In this document: piece by piece, positions 1 to 9,657 of the stretch | Numbering within the stretch: the stretch's first letter is position 1 | How the letters are laid out: each line of letters begins with the position of its first letter | NCBI GenBank assembly: GCA_041691815.1 | Contig: JBEPTZ010000005.1 | Span: 1,007 to 65,006, forward strand | Length of the DNA stretch: 64,000 nucleotides | From: Rhodospirillales bacterium | GTDB taxonomy: Bacteria > Pseudomonadota > Alphaproteobacteria > Acetobacterales > Acetobacteraceae | Reading direction: 5' to 3' | Translations under genes and position numbers: made by a program | Notes under the pieces: model-generated | Told to the model about the DNA's origin: nothing | Database searches by the model: none | Seen by the model: the letters and a program-made list of their open reading frames with translations, nothing else

Positions 1-1191
1 GAGGCGCCGGCCGCCGCGGTCGAGAAGCTGCGCGATCATCCCGATCTGGTGCTGCGCCAGGGCATGGCCAACGGCGCCCGCTTCACCTGCGCCGAACTCT
101 CCGAACTGGACCGCCGGATCGGCGAGGCGGCCGACCGCGCGGCGGCGCGCGAGCGGCTGGTGTTCGGCCATTTGGTGGCCAGCGTGCTGCGCGCCGCCGA
201 GCCGCTTGCCGCCTGCGCCACGGCACTGGCGCTGCTGGACGTGCTGCAATCCTGCGCCAGGCTGGCCGAGCCGGGCAGCTGGTGCCGGCCGCAGCTGGCC
301 GATGACGAGAGTTTTCTTCTCGTCGCGGCCCGTCACCCGGTGGTGGAGGCGGCGCTGGCAGGCACCGCCGCCTTCGTGCCGAACGACTGCGATCTGTCGG
401 GCGACCGCAGGCTGCTGCTGCTGACCGGGCCGAACATGGCCGGCAAATCCACCTATCTGCGGCAGAACGCGCTGGCGGTGATCCTGGCCCAGGCCGGGCT
501 GCCGGTGCCGGCCGCCTCGGCGCGGATCGGCGTGGTGGACCGGCTGTTCAGCCGCGTGGGCGCGGCCGATGACCTGGCGCGCGGTCGCTCCACCTTCATG
601 GTGGAGATGACCGAGACTGCCTCGATCCTGCATCAGGCCGGGCCGCGCAGCCTGGTGGTGGTGGACGAAATCGGCCGCGGCACCGCGACCTTGGATGGGC
701 TGGCGATCGCCTGGGCGGTGCTGGAGGCGCTGCACAACACGGTGCGCTGCCGGACCATCTTCGCCACCCATTTCCACGAGTTGTCGCAGTTGACCGCCGA
801 AATGCCGCGCCTCAGCCCGCACACCATGCGGGTGAAGGAGTGGAAGCAGGACGTGGTGTTCCTGCACGAGGTGGCCGAGGGCGCCGGCGGCCGCAGCTGG
901 GGGGTGCATGTGGCGCGGCTGGCCGGGGTGCCGGCGCCGGTGGTGCGCCGGGCCGGGGTGCTGCTGGCGGCGCTGGAACGCCGGGCCGGCCGGCTGACCG
1001 AGGCGGCGGCGCTGCCGCTGTTCGCCGCCGCCCAGCCGGAAGCACCGAGCGCCCCGATACCTGCCCCGGAGCCAGAGCCCTTGCTGGCCGCACTGGCCGG
1101 CCTGGACCCCGATACGCTGAGCCCGCGCGACGCATTGGCAGCAATCTACAAATTGCGCGCATTGCTCCCTGTTGCAACGCAAGATGAGTAG
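1..1191 (+). CDS. mutS: DNA mismatch repair protein MutS, C-terminal part (5' end outside window)
   Basis: The frame is open from nt 1 (ORF track 49..1191). It carries MutS ATPase motifs TGPNMAGKST (Walker A), STFMVEMTETA and DEIGRGT. Confidence 0.9.
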   Translation, partial: EAPAAAVEKLRDHPDLVLRQGMANGARFTCAELSELDRRIGEAADRAAARERLVFGHLVASVLRAAEPLAACATALALLDVLQSCARLAEPGSWCRPQLADDESFLLVAARHPVVEAALAGTAAFVPNDCDLSGDRRLLLLTGPNMAGKSTYLRQNALAVILAQAGLPVPAASARIGVVDRLFSRVGAADDLARGRSTFMVEMTETASILHQAGPRSLVVVDEIGRGTATLDGLAIAWAVLEALHNTVRCRTIFATHFHELSQLTAEMPRLSPHTMRVKEWKQDVVFLHEVAEGAGGRSWGVHVARLAGVPAPVVRRAGVLLAALERRAGRLTEAAALPLFAAAQPEAPSAPIPAPEPEPLLAALAGLDPDTLSPRDALAAIYKLRALLPVATQDE

Positions 1192-1205
1192 CTAACATCG
1201 CGGGA

Positions 1206-4049
1206 ATGCTCCACCCGGAACCCTTTCCCGACTCACCCCAGGACGCCGCGGCGCAGCTTCACCAGCAGCTGGCCACCGCCGCCGAAGGTGCCGCCGAGCC
1301 GACTGTTGCGCGCGACGCGGCGCTGGCGGTGTTCCGCCGGCATCTGGGACGCATCCAGACCCATGTGCGCGACACGTTCGAACTGGGCGACCTGCCGGGG
1401 CTGGCGGCGGCGCGGATGCTGGCCAGGCTCACCGACGGGCTGATCACCGAATTGTTCGAGCACGCGCTGGCAAGTGTCGGCGGTACCACCGGCGGCAGCC
1501 GCTGGGCCTCGGGCCGCTCCGGACGGATGACCATCGCGGCGACCGGCGGCTATGGCCGCGGCGTGCTGGCGCCGTTCAGCGACATCGACCTGCTGTTCCT
1601 CACCGAGGGCCGGCCCACCGCCCAGGTGCAGCGGGTGGTCGAGTTCATGCTGTATTTCCTCTGGGACCTCGGGCTGAAGGTCGGCCACGCCACCCGCTCC
1701 AAGGCCGACTGCCTGACCGAGGCGCGCGGCGACCACACCGTGCGCACCTCGCTGCTGGATGCACGCCGGATCGCCGGCGACGCGCCGCTGTTCGAGGATT
1801 TCGCCACCACCTTCCGCGCCGCCTGCACCGAGGCCGGGGCTGCCCTCTATATCGCCGCCAAGCAGACTGAGCGTTCTGCCAGGCATCGCCGCTACGGCGA
1901 CAGCGCGTTCGTGGTGGAGCCGAACATCAAGGAGGGCCGCGGCGGCCTGCGCGACCTGCAGATGCTGTACTGGATCGCCCGCTACATCTTCGGCAGTTCG
2001 ACGATGGGCGAACTGGCCGCCCCCGAAGGCCCGGCCGGCGGCCTGCTGACCGCCGCCGAGGCGCGCCGGGCGCTGCGGTCGTGGAATTTCCTCTGGGCGC
2101 TGCGCTTTCATCTGCACTACGTCGCCGGCCGCGCCGAGGAGCGGCTGACCTTCGACCTGCAGCCGGTGGTCGGCGCCCGCATGGGCTACACCCGCCACAG
2201 CCGCCAGGACGGCGTCGAGCGGTTCATGCGGCATTACTTCCTCACAGCCCGCGAGGTGGTGCGGCTGACCCGGGTGCTGGAGCCGGCGCTGGTGCGCGCC
2301 GCCCTCGGTCCGCCGGCGGCGGCCTCCGGCCGGGCCGAGGCGGCGGTGGCGGCGGCCGGCTTCATGCTGGCGGACGGCCAGTTGCTGCCGGCCAAGGGGC
2401 GGGACTTCTCGCACGAGCCGATCCAGATGCTGCGCATCCTGCAAGTGGCGCGCGACCGTGACCTCAAGCTGCATCCGCTGGCGATCCGCGGCATGATCCG
2501 CAACGAGCGCCGCGCCCAGGACCTGCGCGGCAACATGGAGGCCTCGGCGCTGTTCCTCGACCTGTTATGCGGCCGCGATGCCGCGCATAACCGGGCCGAT
2601 GGCGCGCGCTGGATGAGCATCCTGAACGAGACCGGCCTGCTCGGCCGCTTCCTGCCGGACTGGGCGCGGGTGGTCGGCCAGATGCAGTTCGACACCTATC
2701 ACGTGTTCACCGTCGACGAGCACACCATCGAGGCGATCCGCGTGCTGAACACGCTGGAGCGCGGCGAACTGACCGAGATCGCTCCGATCGCCTCCGGGCT
2801 GGTCGATCACCTGCAATCCCGCCGGGCGCTGTATGTGGCGATGCTGGTGCACGACATCGCCAAGGGCCGCGGCGGCGACCATTCCGAACTCGGCGCCGAG
2901 GTGGCGCAGCAGGTCGGGCCGGCGCTGGGGTTGTCGGCGGAGGAGACCGAGATGGTCTCCTGGCTGGTGCTGCACCATCTGCTGCTGAGCCAGATCGCCT
3001 TCAAGCGCGACATCGATGACCCGAAGACCATCCTCGACCTGGTGGAGACGGTGCAGTCGCCGGAGCGGCTGCGGCTGCTGCTGGTGCTGACGGTGGCCGA
3101 CATGCGGGCGGTGTCGCCGAAGGTGTGGAACGGCTGGAAGGCGACGCTGCTGCGCGACCTGTATGGCCGCGTCATCGAGGTGCTGGCCGGTGGGCTCTCG
3201 ACCACCGAGCGCGATGTGCGGGTGGCCCGCGCCCGCGAGGCGGCGGCCTTGCTGCTGGCCGACTGGCCGGCCGCCGACCGGGCGCAGTATCTCGGCCTCG
3301 GCTATCCCGGCTACTGGCTGGCGTTCGACCCCGAGAGCCATGCCCGCCATGCCCGCATGATCCGCGAGGCCGAGCAGCGCTCGGCCCCGCTGACGGTGCG
3401 CACCCAGCCGCTGCCCGACCGCGCGGTGACCGAGGTGACGGTCTACGCCGCCGACCATGCCGGGCTGTTCAGCCGCATCGCCGGTGCCTTGGCGGTGGCC
3501 GGCGCCTCGATCGTCGATGCCCGCATCCACACGCTGACCAACGGCATGGCGCTGGACACCTTCTGGATTCAGGACTCCGCCCGCAACGTGATCGACGCGC
3601 CGGGGAAGCTGGCGCGGCTCTCGGTGCTGATCGAGCAGGCGCTGTCCGGCCGGCTGAAGCTCACCCACGAAATCCGCAAGATGTCGCAGAGCCTGCTCGG
3701 CGCGCGGCTCAGGGCGATGCATGTGCCGCCGCGGGTGGTGATCGACAACCATGCCTCCAACACCCATACCGTGCTGGAGGTGAACGGCCGCGACCGGCCG
3801 GGCCTGCTGCACGACGTGACCGCGGCGATCAGCGAGCAGGGGCTGCAGATCGCCTCGGCGCATGTCACCACCTACGGCCAGCGGGCGGTGGATGTGTTCT
3901 ATGTGAAAGACGTGTTCGGCCTGAAGGTGGAGAACGAACGTCGTCTGGCGCAGTTGCGCGAGGCGCTGCTGCAGGCGCTGGGAACCTCCGAACCGACCCA
4001 CGTGGCGCCCACCGGCAAGAAGCGCCCCACCGCCGCCGACGTGGTGTGA
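1206..4049 (+). CDS. glnD: [protein-PII] uridylyltransferase/uridylyl-removing enzyme GlnD
   Basis: 947-aa ORF with a nucleotidyltransferase motif (GGYGRGVLAPFSDIDLLFL), an HD domain (LVHDIAKGRGGDHSELG) and two ACT-like C-terminal segments. Confidence 0.9.
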   Translation: MLHPEPFPDSPQDAAAQLHQQLATAAEGAAEPTVARDAALAVFRRHLGRIQTHVRDTFELGDLPGLAAARMLARLTDGLITELFEHALASVGGTTGGSRWASGRSGRMTIAATGGYGRGVLAPFSDIDLLFLTEGRPTAQVQRVVEFMLYFLWDLGLKVGHATRSKADCLTEARGDHTVRTSLLDARRIAGDAPLFEDFATTFRAACTEAGAALYIAAKQTERSARHRRYGDSAFVVEPNIKEGRGGLRDLQMLYWIARYIFGSSTMGELAAPEGPAGGLLTAAEARRALRSWNFLWALRFHLHYVAGRAEERLTFDLQPVVGARMGYTRHSRQDGVERFMRHYFLTAREVVRLTRVLEPALVRAALGPPAAASGRAEAAVAAAGFMLADGQLLPAKGRDFSHEPIQMLRILQVARDRDLKLHPLAIRGMIRNERRAQDLRGNMEASALFLDLLCGRDAAHNRADGARWMSILNETGLLGRFLPDWARVVGQMQFDTYHVFTVDEHTIEAIRVLNTLERGELTEIAPIASGLVDHLQSRRALYVAMLVHDIAKGRGGDHSELGAEVAQQVGPALGLSAEETEMVSWLVLHHLLLSQIAFKRDIDDPKTILDLVETVQSPERLRLLLVLTVADMRAVSPKVWNGWKATLLRDLYGRVIEVLAGGLSTTERDVRVARAREAAALLLADWPAADRAQYLGLGYPGYWLAFDPESHARHARMIREAEQRSAPLTVRTQPLPDRAVTEVTVYAADHAGLFSRIAGALAVAGASIVDARIHTLTNGMALDTFWIQDSARNVIDAPGKLARLSVLIEQALSGRLKLTHEIRKMSQSLLGARLRAMHVPPRVVIDNHASNTHTVLEVNGRDRPGLLHDVTAAISEQGLQIASAHVTTYGQRAVDVFYVKDVFGLKVENERRLAQLREALLQALGTSEPTHVAPTGKKRPTAADVV

Positions 4050-4612
4050 TGGGCGCGCCGATGAGCCGCCATGCGCCCTGGCTTGCCGCCATCCTGACCG
4101 GCACGGCGCTGGTGGCAGTGGCGCCGGCAGCGGCCCGTGCCCAGGCGACCCGGACCCCGCCGGCCGACGCCGACGCTATCGCCGGGACACGGTTGATCCA
4201 GGTCAGCCAGATTGACCCGAAGGGTGGCCTGATCGGCGCGCCGAACGAGGTCGCCTGCCCGCCCAGCGGCTGCCAGACGATCATCGACCTCACCACCGCC
4301 GCGCTGCCGGAGCCGTTCCTGTTCTCGGTCGAGTTCGTCGGCCGCGGCGCCTATGTGACGCTGTCGCCGCGCTCGATCGCCACCGCCGAGGTGCTGGAAT
4401 TCAGCGAAGGCCACACGGGCCCGATCTTCGTGCCGCTGCACGGCCGCGACCGGCAACTGGTGAGCATGGCGTTCATCATCGTACGCTCGGCGACGTTGCG
4501 GGCTCTGGAGCCAGACAAGGGTGCCGACGTGCTGGCCAGCGGCCGGGTGTTCAACCGCAAGCGCTACCCGGACCTCACGCTGCGGGTGATCTTTTCGCCG
4601 CCCGGAGCGTGA
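4049..4612 (+). CDS. hypothetical secreted protein
   Basis: The ATG overlaps the glnD stop by 1 nt (TGATG). A signal-peptide-like N-terminus is present (MSRHAPWLAAILTGTALVAVAPAAARAQA). No family recognised. An alternative start lies at 4061. Confidence 0.5.
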   Translation: MGAPMSRHAPWLAAILTGTALVAVAPAAARAQATRTPPADADAIAGTRLIQVSQIDPKGGLIGAPNEVACPPSGCQTIIDLTTAALPEPFLFSVEFVGRGAYVTLSPRSIATAEVLEFSEGHTGPIFVPLHGRDRQLVSMAFIIVRSATLRALEPDKGADVLASGRVFNRKRYPDLTLRVIFSPPGA

Positions 4613-4636
4613 GCCCGCCCGCCCGCCGCCCCCGCT

Positions 4637-6802
4637 TCAGCGCGGTTTCAATTCCAACGCCCCGCGCGCCACCTTGCCGCTCAATATGTCCGTCACCTCG
4701 ATCCGCCAGCGCCCGGTTGGCGCATCGCGGTCGAATGCGGCCTGCCATTCGGCGCCGACGCCGCGCAACACCCGCACCCCGGAATAGCCGGCCTCCGCCT
4801 GGCCCGCCGGGTTGAACAGCTGAATACGCAGCGCATGCGCCGCGGTGTCGGGGGCGGCCAGCGCCAGATGCCAGGTGACGGTGTCGCCCGCCACCGCCTC
4901 GGCCGGGCCGCTGAGGGTCGGGCCGGACAGCGGCGCCGGGGAGATCGCCAGCAGGGTCGGCGCCACCGGGTCGAGCGTGATGGCGATGTGGTCGGCGCTG
5001 GCATATTGGCGGCCGCTGCGCAGCTCGCGGATGCTGGAAGCGGCGGCCAGCCGCAGGTCCAGCGGACCGGGCTGGGCAACGGGCGCGCCGCCAGCGGGCG
5101 GGTCCTGCTCCAGCGCCAGCAATGTCACCCCGCCGCTGCGCAGCACCCGAATCGCGATGCCGCCAGCCTTGCTGCCATCCGGCTGGCGCAGCGAGAAGCC
5201 GGCGATGATGCCGGCCCGCGCCAGCGCATCCGCCATGCCGTCCAGCGCCACCAGATGCGGCGCCAGATCGGCCAGCGCCGCGACGTCCAGCCGCCGACCA
5301 TGGCCATCGAACTGGCCGGGGGCGCCATCCGCCACCACCACCCCGCCGGCGGCCTGAAACGCGCGGATGGCGGCCACGGCTTCCGGCGACAGCGCGATCG
5401 TCTGCGGCAGCACCAGTGCCCGCGGGGCGCCGGGGGCGGTGAGCAGCCCGTCCGCCAGCATCTGCGCCGAGACGAAATGCGGCGTCAGGCCGAGATGGGT
5501 CAATGTGCGCACCGTGGCGGCGATGGCGCGCCGCATCCGGTTGTCGTCGTTGTCCTCGACCTCGGAGCCGCGTTCGGTCCACGGCGTGCCCTCGGCGCGG
5601 CGCGCCAGCAGCCATTCCACATGCTGGCCGGTGGGGGAATACAGGATGGCGACCGGGCCCGGCTGCGGGCGCATGGCGATCAGCTGCGCGCCCAGCCCGC
5701 CGCGCAACTCGTGCAGCAGCGGCGCCATGGCGCGGGCGCGGGGACTGGGGGTGCCGGCGTCATCGACGAAATCCTGCTTCTCGTCCCACAGGATCAGCCC
5801 GCGCGCGCCCAGCAGCATGCTGTGCCAGATGCGCCGGTTCTCCGCCGGGCCGCCGCCGAAGCCGGTGGTCAGCACCACCAGGTCGGGGTTGAACGAGCGG
5901 GCGATATCGATGCTGTCGCCGGCGCCGTACATCTCCATCGCGTCCACCGCGCTTGCCAGGCGGATATAGTCGTAGCCGCCGGGGCCGGGCGCCTGGGTGC
6001 CCTCGATGCCGGCAAGACCGTCCGGATCGCCTTCATGCAACCCGTCGGTGCCAACCCGCAGCGCGTCGGCGAACGCCTGGTCCATGAAGCTGCGGAAATC
6101 GGTCCAGGCGGATTCGTTGCCGTCGCGGCGGGCCAGCGCCTGGGTGGTGGTGGGCGGCACCACCGCATCCCAGGTGGCGAAATCGCTGCCCCATTGCCGG
6201 TTCAACGCCGCCAGCGAGGGGTATTGCCGGCGCAGCCAGATCCGCATCGCCGCCAGTGAGTCCGGCCCGCGGTCGAAATCCCACGCCGCCGCCAGATCGG
6301 CGATCCCCGGCTCGTCGCCCAGGTTGTAGAACAGCGGCCGGTAGCGGGCGAAAGCACGGCCGTTGTCTCGCAGCCTTGTGGCGATACGTGCAAGCCATGC
6401 CGGGTCCGAAAGGCTCGGCGTGCGGATGAACACCGAGGGGTCGGACGGATCGGCGCGATAGCGGCGCTGCGCCTCGGTGAACAGGAAGTTCGGCGCCGAG
6501 GGATGCTCAGGCGTCCAGCGGTGATAGGCGGAATAGAAATCGGTGGCGATGTTCTCCAGATAGATGCGCATGCCGGCCTGCTGCGAAGCGGCGAGCAGCG
6601 CCGGAATGCCGGCCTCGTCCACCGGCCCGCGAAAGCCGAACTGCATGGCCCCGTCCACGCCGACCTTGCGCATCGCGGTGTAGCGGGCGGCCGACTGGTT
6701 CTGCCACATAATGACGTGGAAATCCTGCCAGCCGCGCGCCTGGGCGGTCCCGGCGGCAAAACCAAGGCCGGCGAGCAGCACGGCGGCGATCCGCAGCTTC
6801 AT
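4637..6802 (-). CDS. secreted protein, GH42 beta-galactosidase-like (tentative)
   Basis: This is the true 3' part of run-on ORF 4637..8533. The start MKLRIAAVLLAGLGFAAGTAQA is a Sec signal and overlaps the upstream stop as ATGA. A YNLGDEPG segment and the overall layout resemble the GH42 TIM barrel plus trimerisation domain. The family call is from memory only. Confidence 0.5.
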   Translation of the reverse strand: MKLRIAAVLLAGLGFAAGTAQARGWQDFHVIMWQNQSAARYTAMRKVGVDGAMQFGFRGPVDEAGIPALLAASQQAGMRIYLENIATDFYSAYHRWTPEHPSAPNFLFTEAQRRYRADPSDPSVFIRTPSLSDPAWLARIATRLRDNGRAFARYRPLFYNLGDEPGIADLAAAWDFDRGPDSLAAMRIWLRRQYPSLAALNRQWGSDFATWDAVVPPTTTQALARRDGNESAWTDFRSFMDQAFADALRVGTDGLHEGDPDGLAGIEGTQAPGPGGYDYIRLASAVDAMEMYGAGDSIDIARSFNPDLVVLTTGFGGGPAENRRIWHSMLLGARGLILWDEKQDFVDDAGTPSPRARAMAPLLHELRGGLGAQLIAMRPQPGPVAILYSPTGQHVEWLLARRAEGTPWTERGSEVEDNDDNRMRRAIAATVRTLTHLGLTPHFVSAQMLADGLLTAPGAPRALVLPQTIALSPEAVAAIRAFQAAGGVVVADGAPGQFDGHGRRLDVAALADLAPHLVALDGMADALARAGIIAGFSLRQPDGSKAGGIAIRVLRSGGVTLLALEQDPPAGGAPVAQPGPLDLRLAAASSIRELRSGRQYASADHIAITLDPVAPTLLAISPAPLSGPTLSGPAEAVAGDTVTWHLALAAPDTAAHALRIQLFNPAGQAEAGYSGVRVLRGVGAEWQAAFDRDAPTGRWRIEVTDILSGKVARGALELKPR

Positions 6803-9417
6803 GATCCATGCCCCGCATCGGGCCGGCGCGCCAGCAGCGCCGGCAGGAAGATCAGCGTCACCAGTTGGGTGCAGCCCAGCGCGATCAGCAGCAGCGTGCC
6901 CATGCTGGCGGTGCCAGGGTGGCGGCTGGCGGCCAGCGAACCGAACGCGGTCGCCGTGGTCAGCGCCGAGAACAGGATCGCCCGCGCCGTACCGGTGCCG
7001 AGGAACAGCCGGTGGCCGGCCCGCCAGTTCATCACGAAATAGATGTTGAACGACACACCGACCCCCAATAGCAGCGGCAGCGCGATGATATTGGCGAAAT
7101 TCAGCGGAATATGCAGCGCCGCGATCACCACCACGGTCAGCAGCGCCGACAGCAGCAGTGCCGCCATGGTCAGCGCCACCTCCAGCGGCCGGCGCAGCGC
7201 CAGCGACAGCAGCACGGCGATGGCCAGCAGGGCGCCGATCGCCGCGCTGCGGAAGGCGCCGACGATGGTGTCGGCACTCTGCACGATGCCGACCGCCGAG
7301 CCGCCGGCATCCGGCGCGACCGAGCGCACCTCGGCGACGAACGCACGCAAGCCTTGGGAATCCTGCGCCGATCGCACCGCCACCGCCTGCACCCGCACCC
7401 GCCCATCCGGCAGCTTCCAGTCGCGCGCCAGTTCGGGCGGAATATCGGCGGCGGTCACCGGGCCGACATCGAGCCCATCGCGCAATCGCTCCAACTGCTT
7501 CGGCAGGAAGCGGGTGAGTGCCGCGTTGGCAGCCAGCAGGGTGGCGTCGTCGGCGGTGGCCAGCCGGTCCAGGTCGCCGCCGATCAGCGCCAGCGGCGCG
7601 TTCTTGGCGAGCTTGTCGCCGGCATTGTCGATCTGCGCCAGCGCGGTGCGGGCCGCCAGCCGGATATCGCCGGGGGTGACCGGGGCGGCCTCGGCGCGCG
7701 GCGCCAGGGTGGCGCCGAGGATCGAGGCGGCGTCGGCGATGATCGGCAGCTTGGCCTGCTGGTCGTCGGGCACGAAACTGGACAGCGTCACCACCTGATC
7801 GACCAACTTCAGGCGGCGCAGCCTGGCCACCAGCGCGTCGGCGGCGGCCTGGTTCGGCGCCAGGATGTCGGCGGTATACGGGCTGGTCACCGGGTTGGCC
7901 ATCAGGTCCGAGAGCGTGCGCATCGCCTCGGTGGAGGCGTCCTTGGTGTGCAGCGGGTCGCTGTCGAAGCGCAGCTGCGGCAGCAGCAACAGGCCCAGCA
8001 GCCCCAGCGTGGCGAAGCCGGCCAGCACCGGGGCGCGGAACCGCACCACGCGCCGCTCCAGCCGCCCGGCCCAGGCGTAGCCCACCGCCTCGTCGCCGCC
8101 CAGCGGCCGCAGCAGGGTCAGCACCGCCGGCAGGAAGCCTAGCGTGCAGGCGCAGGCGATCAGCATGCCGACGCCGGCGATCAGCCCGAGTTCCGCGACA
8201 CCCTGGAAATCGGTCGGCACGAAGGCCAAAAACCCGGCGGAGGCAGCCACCGCCGCCACCAGCACCTGCGGCCCGACCACCACCGCAGTGGCGTGCAGCG
8301 CCCGGCCACGCCGCGGCCCTGGATAGGACAACTGCATCTCGCGGTAGCGCACGCAGAACTGGATGGCGAAATCCACCGCGATGCCGACGAACAGGATGGC
8401 GAACGCCACCGAGATCAGGTTCAGCGTGCCCACCGCCAGCGCCGCGAAGCCACTGGTCAGCGCCAGCCCCAGCCCCAGCGTGGCGGCGATCGCCACGATC
8501 AGCCGCCAGTCGCGCACCGCCAGCACCAGCCACAGCAGCACCAGCACCAGGCTGGCGATGGTGGCCAGCAGCGCGCCCTGGGCGACGGTGGCGAACTCCT
8601 CATCGGCCAGCGCCACCGATCCGGTGAGCCGCACATGTGCCTGGCCGCTGCGCACGAACTCCAGCTTCGCCGCCGCCGCCCGCAGCGCCTCCGAGCCAAC
8701 CAGCCCCGGCTCCAGCGCGCCATAATCCAGCTTCGGCTTGGCCAGCACGATGCGGTACGGCCCGGCCAGATCGACCAGCTTGCCGCCCAGCAGACGCTGC
8801 CAGGACAGCGGCTGCGGATGGCCGGCCAGGGCGTCGGCCAGCGCGGTGTGGAAGGCCAGCAGCGCCGGGGCGAATGAGCCCAGATCGGCCTGCCCGCGCT
8901 GCACCCCCATCGCCATCAGCGCCAGCCCGGCGAACAGCCCGCGCGCGCTGGGGTCGGCAACCAGTTGGCCAAGGAACGGCTGCGCATCGATGGTGCGGTC
9001 CATCACCTGGCCCAGCGTCTTCGGGTCGAGGAACATCAGGCCGTATTTTTCCAGATACGGCGAGGCGGCCGGCTCGCGGACCAGGGTGAAATGCGTCGTG
9101 TCGGCCGAGAGCGCCGTGGTCAACTCCCGCGCCGTCTGCTCGGCGATCTCCGGACTGGCGCCATCCACCACCGCCACCAGCAGGTCCTGGAACTGCGGAA
9201 ACGCCTTCGCCAGCGCGATCTCCCGCTGCCGCCAGGGCAGAGACTTGGCGAACATCTCCTCGGTGTTGGTGGTGATGCCGAGATGCGTCATAGCCAGCCA
9301 GCCGGCCAGCACCGCCAGCAACACCCCGCTCACCACCACCGCCAGAGCGTGACGGCTGCTGCGTTCGGCCAGGGTGGCAATCAGGCGCGTGATGTCGGGG
9401 AGGCGGGGCAACGGCAT
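6799..9417 (-). CDS. MMPL/RND-superfamily transporter, HpnN-like (hopanoid-transporter-like)
   Basis: 872-aa ORF with two blocks of multiple hydrophobic helices separated by large soluble loops. Size and layout are typical of the MMPL/HpnN family. Confidence 0.7.
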   Translation of the reverse strand: MPLPRLPDITRLIATLAERSSRHALAVVVSGVLLAVLAGWLAMTHLGITTNTEEMFAKSLPWRQREIALAKAFPQFQDLLVAVVDGASPEIAEQTARELTTALSADTTHFTLVREPAASPYLEKYGLMFLDPKTLGQVMDRTIDAQPFLGQLVADPSARGLFAGLALMAMGVQRGQADLGSFAPALLAFHTALADALAGHPQPLSWQRLLGGKLVDLAGPYRIVLAKPKLDYGALEPGLVGSEALRAAAAKLEFVRSGQAHVRLTGSVALADEEFATVAQGALLATIASLVLVLLWLVLAVRDWRLIVAIAATLGLGLALTSGFAALAVGTLNLISVAFAILFVGIAVDFAIQFCVRYREMQLSYPGPRRGRALHATAVVVGPQVLVAAVAASAGFLAFVPTDFQGVAELGLIAGVGMLIACACTLGFLPAVLTLLRPLGGDEAVGYAWAGRLERRVVRFRAPVLAGFATLGLLGLLLLPQLRFDSDPLHTKDASTEAMRTLSDLMANPVTSPYTADILAPNQAAADALVARLRRLKLVDQVVTLSSFVPDDQQAKLPIIADAASILGATLAPRAEAAPVTPGDIRLAARTALAQIDNAGDKLAKNAPLALIGGDLDRLATADDATLLAANAALTRFLPKQLERLRDGLDVGPVTAADIPPELARDWKLPDGRVRVQAVAVRSAQDSQGLRAFVAEVRSVAPDAGGSAVGIVQSADTIVGAFRSAAIGALLAIAVLLSLALRRPLEVALTMAALLLSALLTVVVIAALHIPLNFANIIALPLLLGVGVSFNIYFVMNWRAGHRLFLGTGTARAILFSALTTATAFGSLAASRHPGTASMGTLLLIALGCTQLVTLIFLPALLARRPDAGHGS

Positions 9418-9511
9418 GCGGCACGGAGATCCATGTTCGGGCGGCGGCGGAGAGGTGGGAATAGTCGCTCCGCTTCGCGCGGTCCATGCGCGTTTGGTTC
9501 ATCTGGGGTGC

Positions 9512-9657
9512 GGGTAGGAAGGAAGTCTTCTTTGTTTGAAAACAAAGAAGCAAAAAAACTTCATCCCCTGGAGTGTACGGAATCTCCGCCTCTCGATGCT
9601 GCAAGGCGGATAGAGTTTTTTGCGCGCTTTTTTTCAAAAAAGCGCTGCTTCCTACCC
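9512..9657. repeat. AT-rich nested-hairpin palindromic element, full copy (two inverted modules), MITE/BIME-like
   Basis: Perfect 10-bp termini GGGTAGGAAG / CTTCCTACCC. Internal perfect hairpins are CTTCTTTGTTT-GA-AAACAAAGAAG (9527-9550) and GCGCTTTTTT-TC-AAAAAAGCGC (9624-9645). A-run and T-run flank a central TCCGCC...GGCGGA hairpin. Homologous to 47983-48126. Confidence 0.8.

Noticed and set aside
4637-8533. 1298-aa minus-strand ORF suggesting one huge protein
   Set aside because: Only the C-terminal 721 aa (from MKLRIAAVLL at 6802) are convincing. The upstream part is an out-of-frame overlap of the MMPL gene, whose own frame (6799..9417) carries the transporter sequence.
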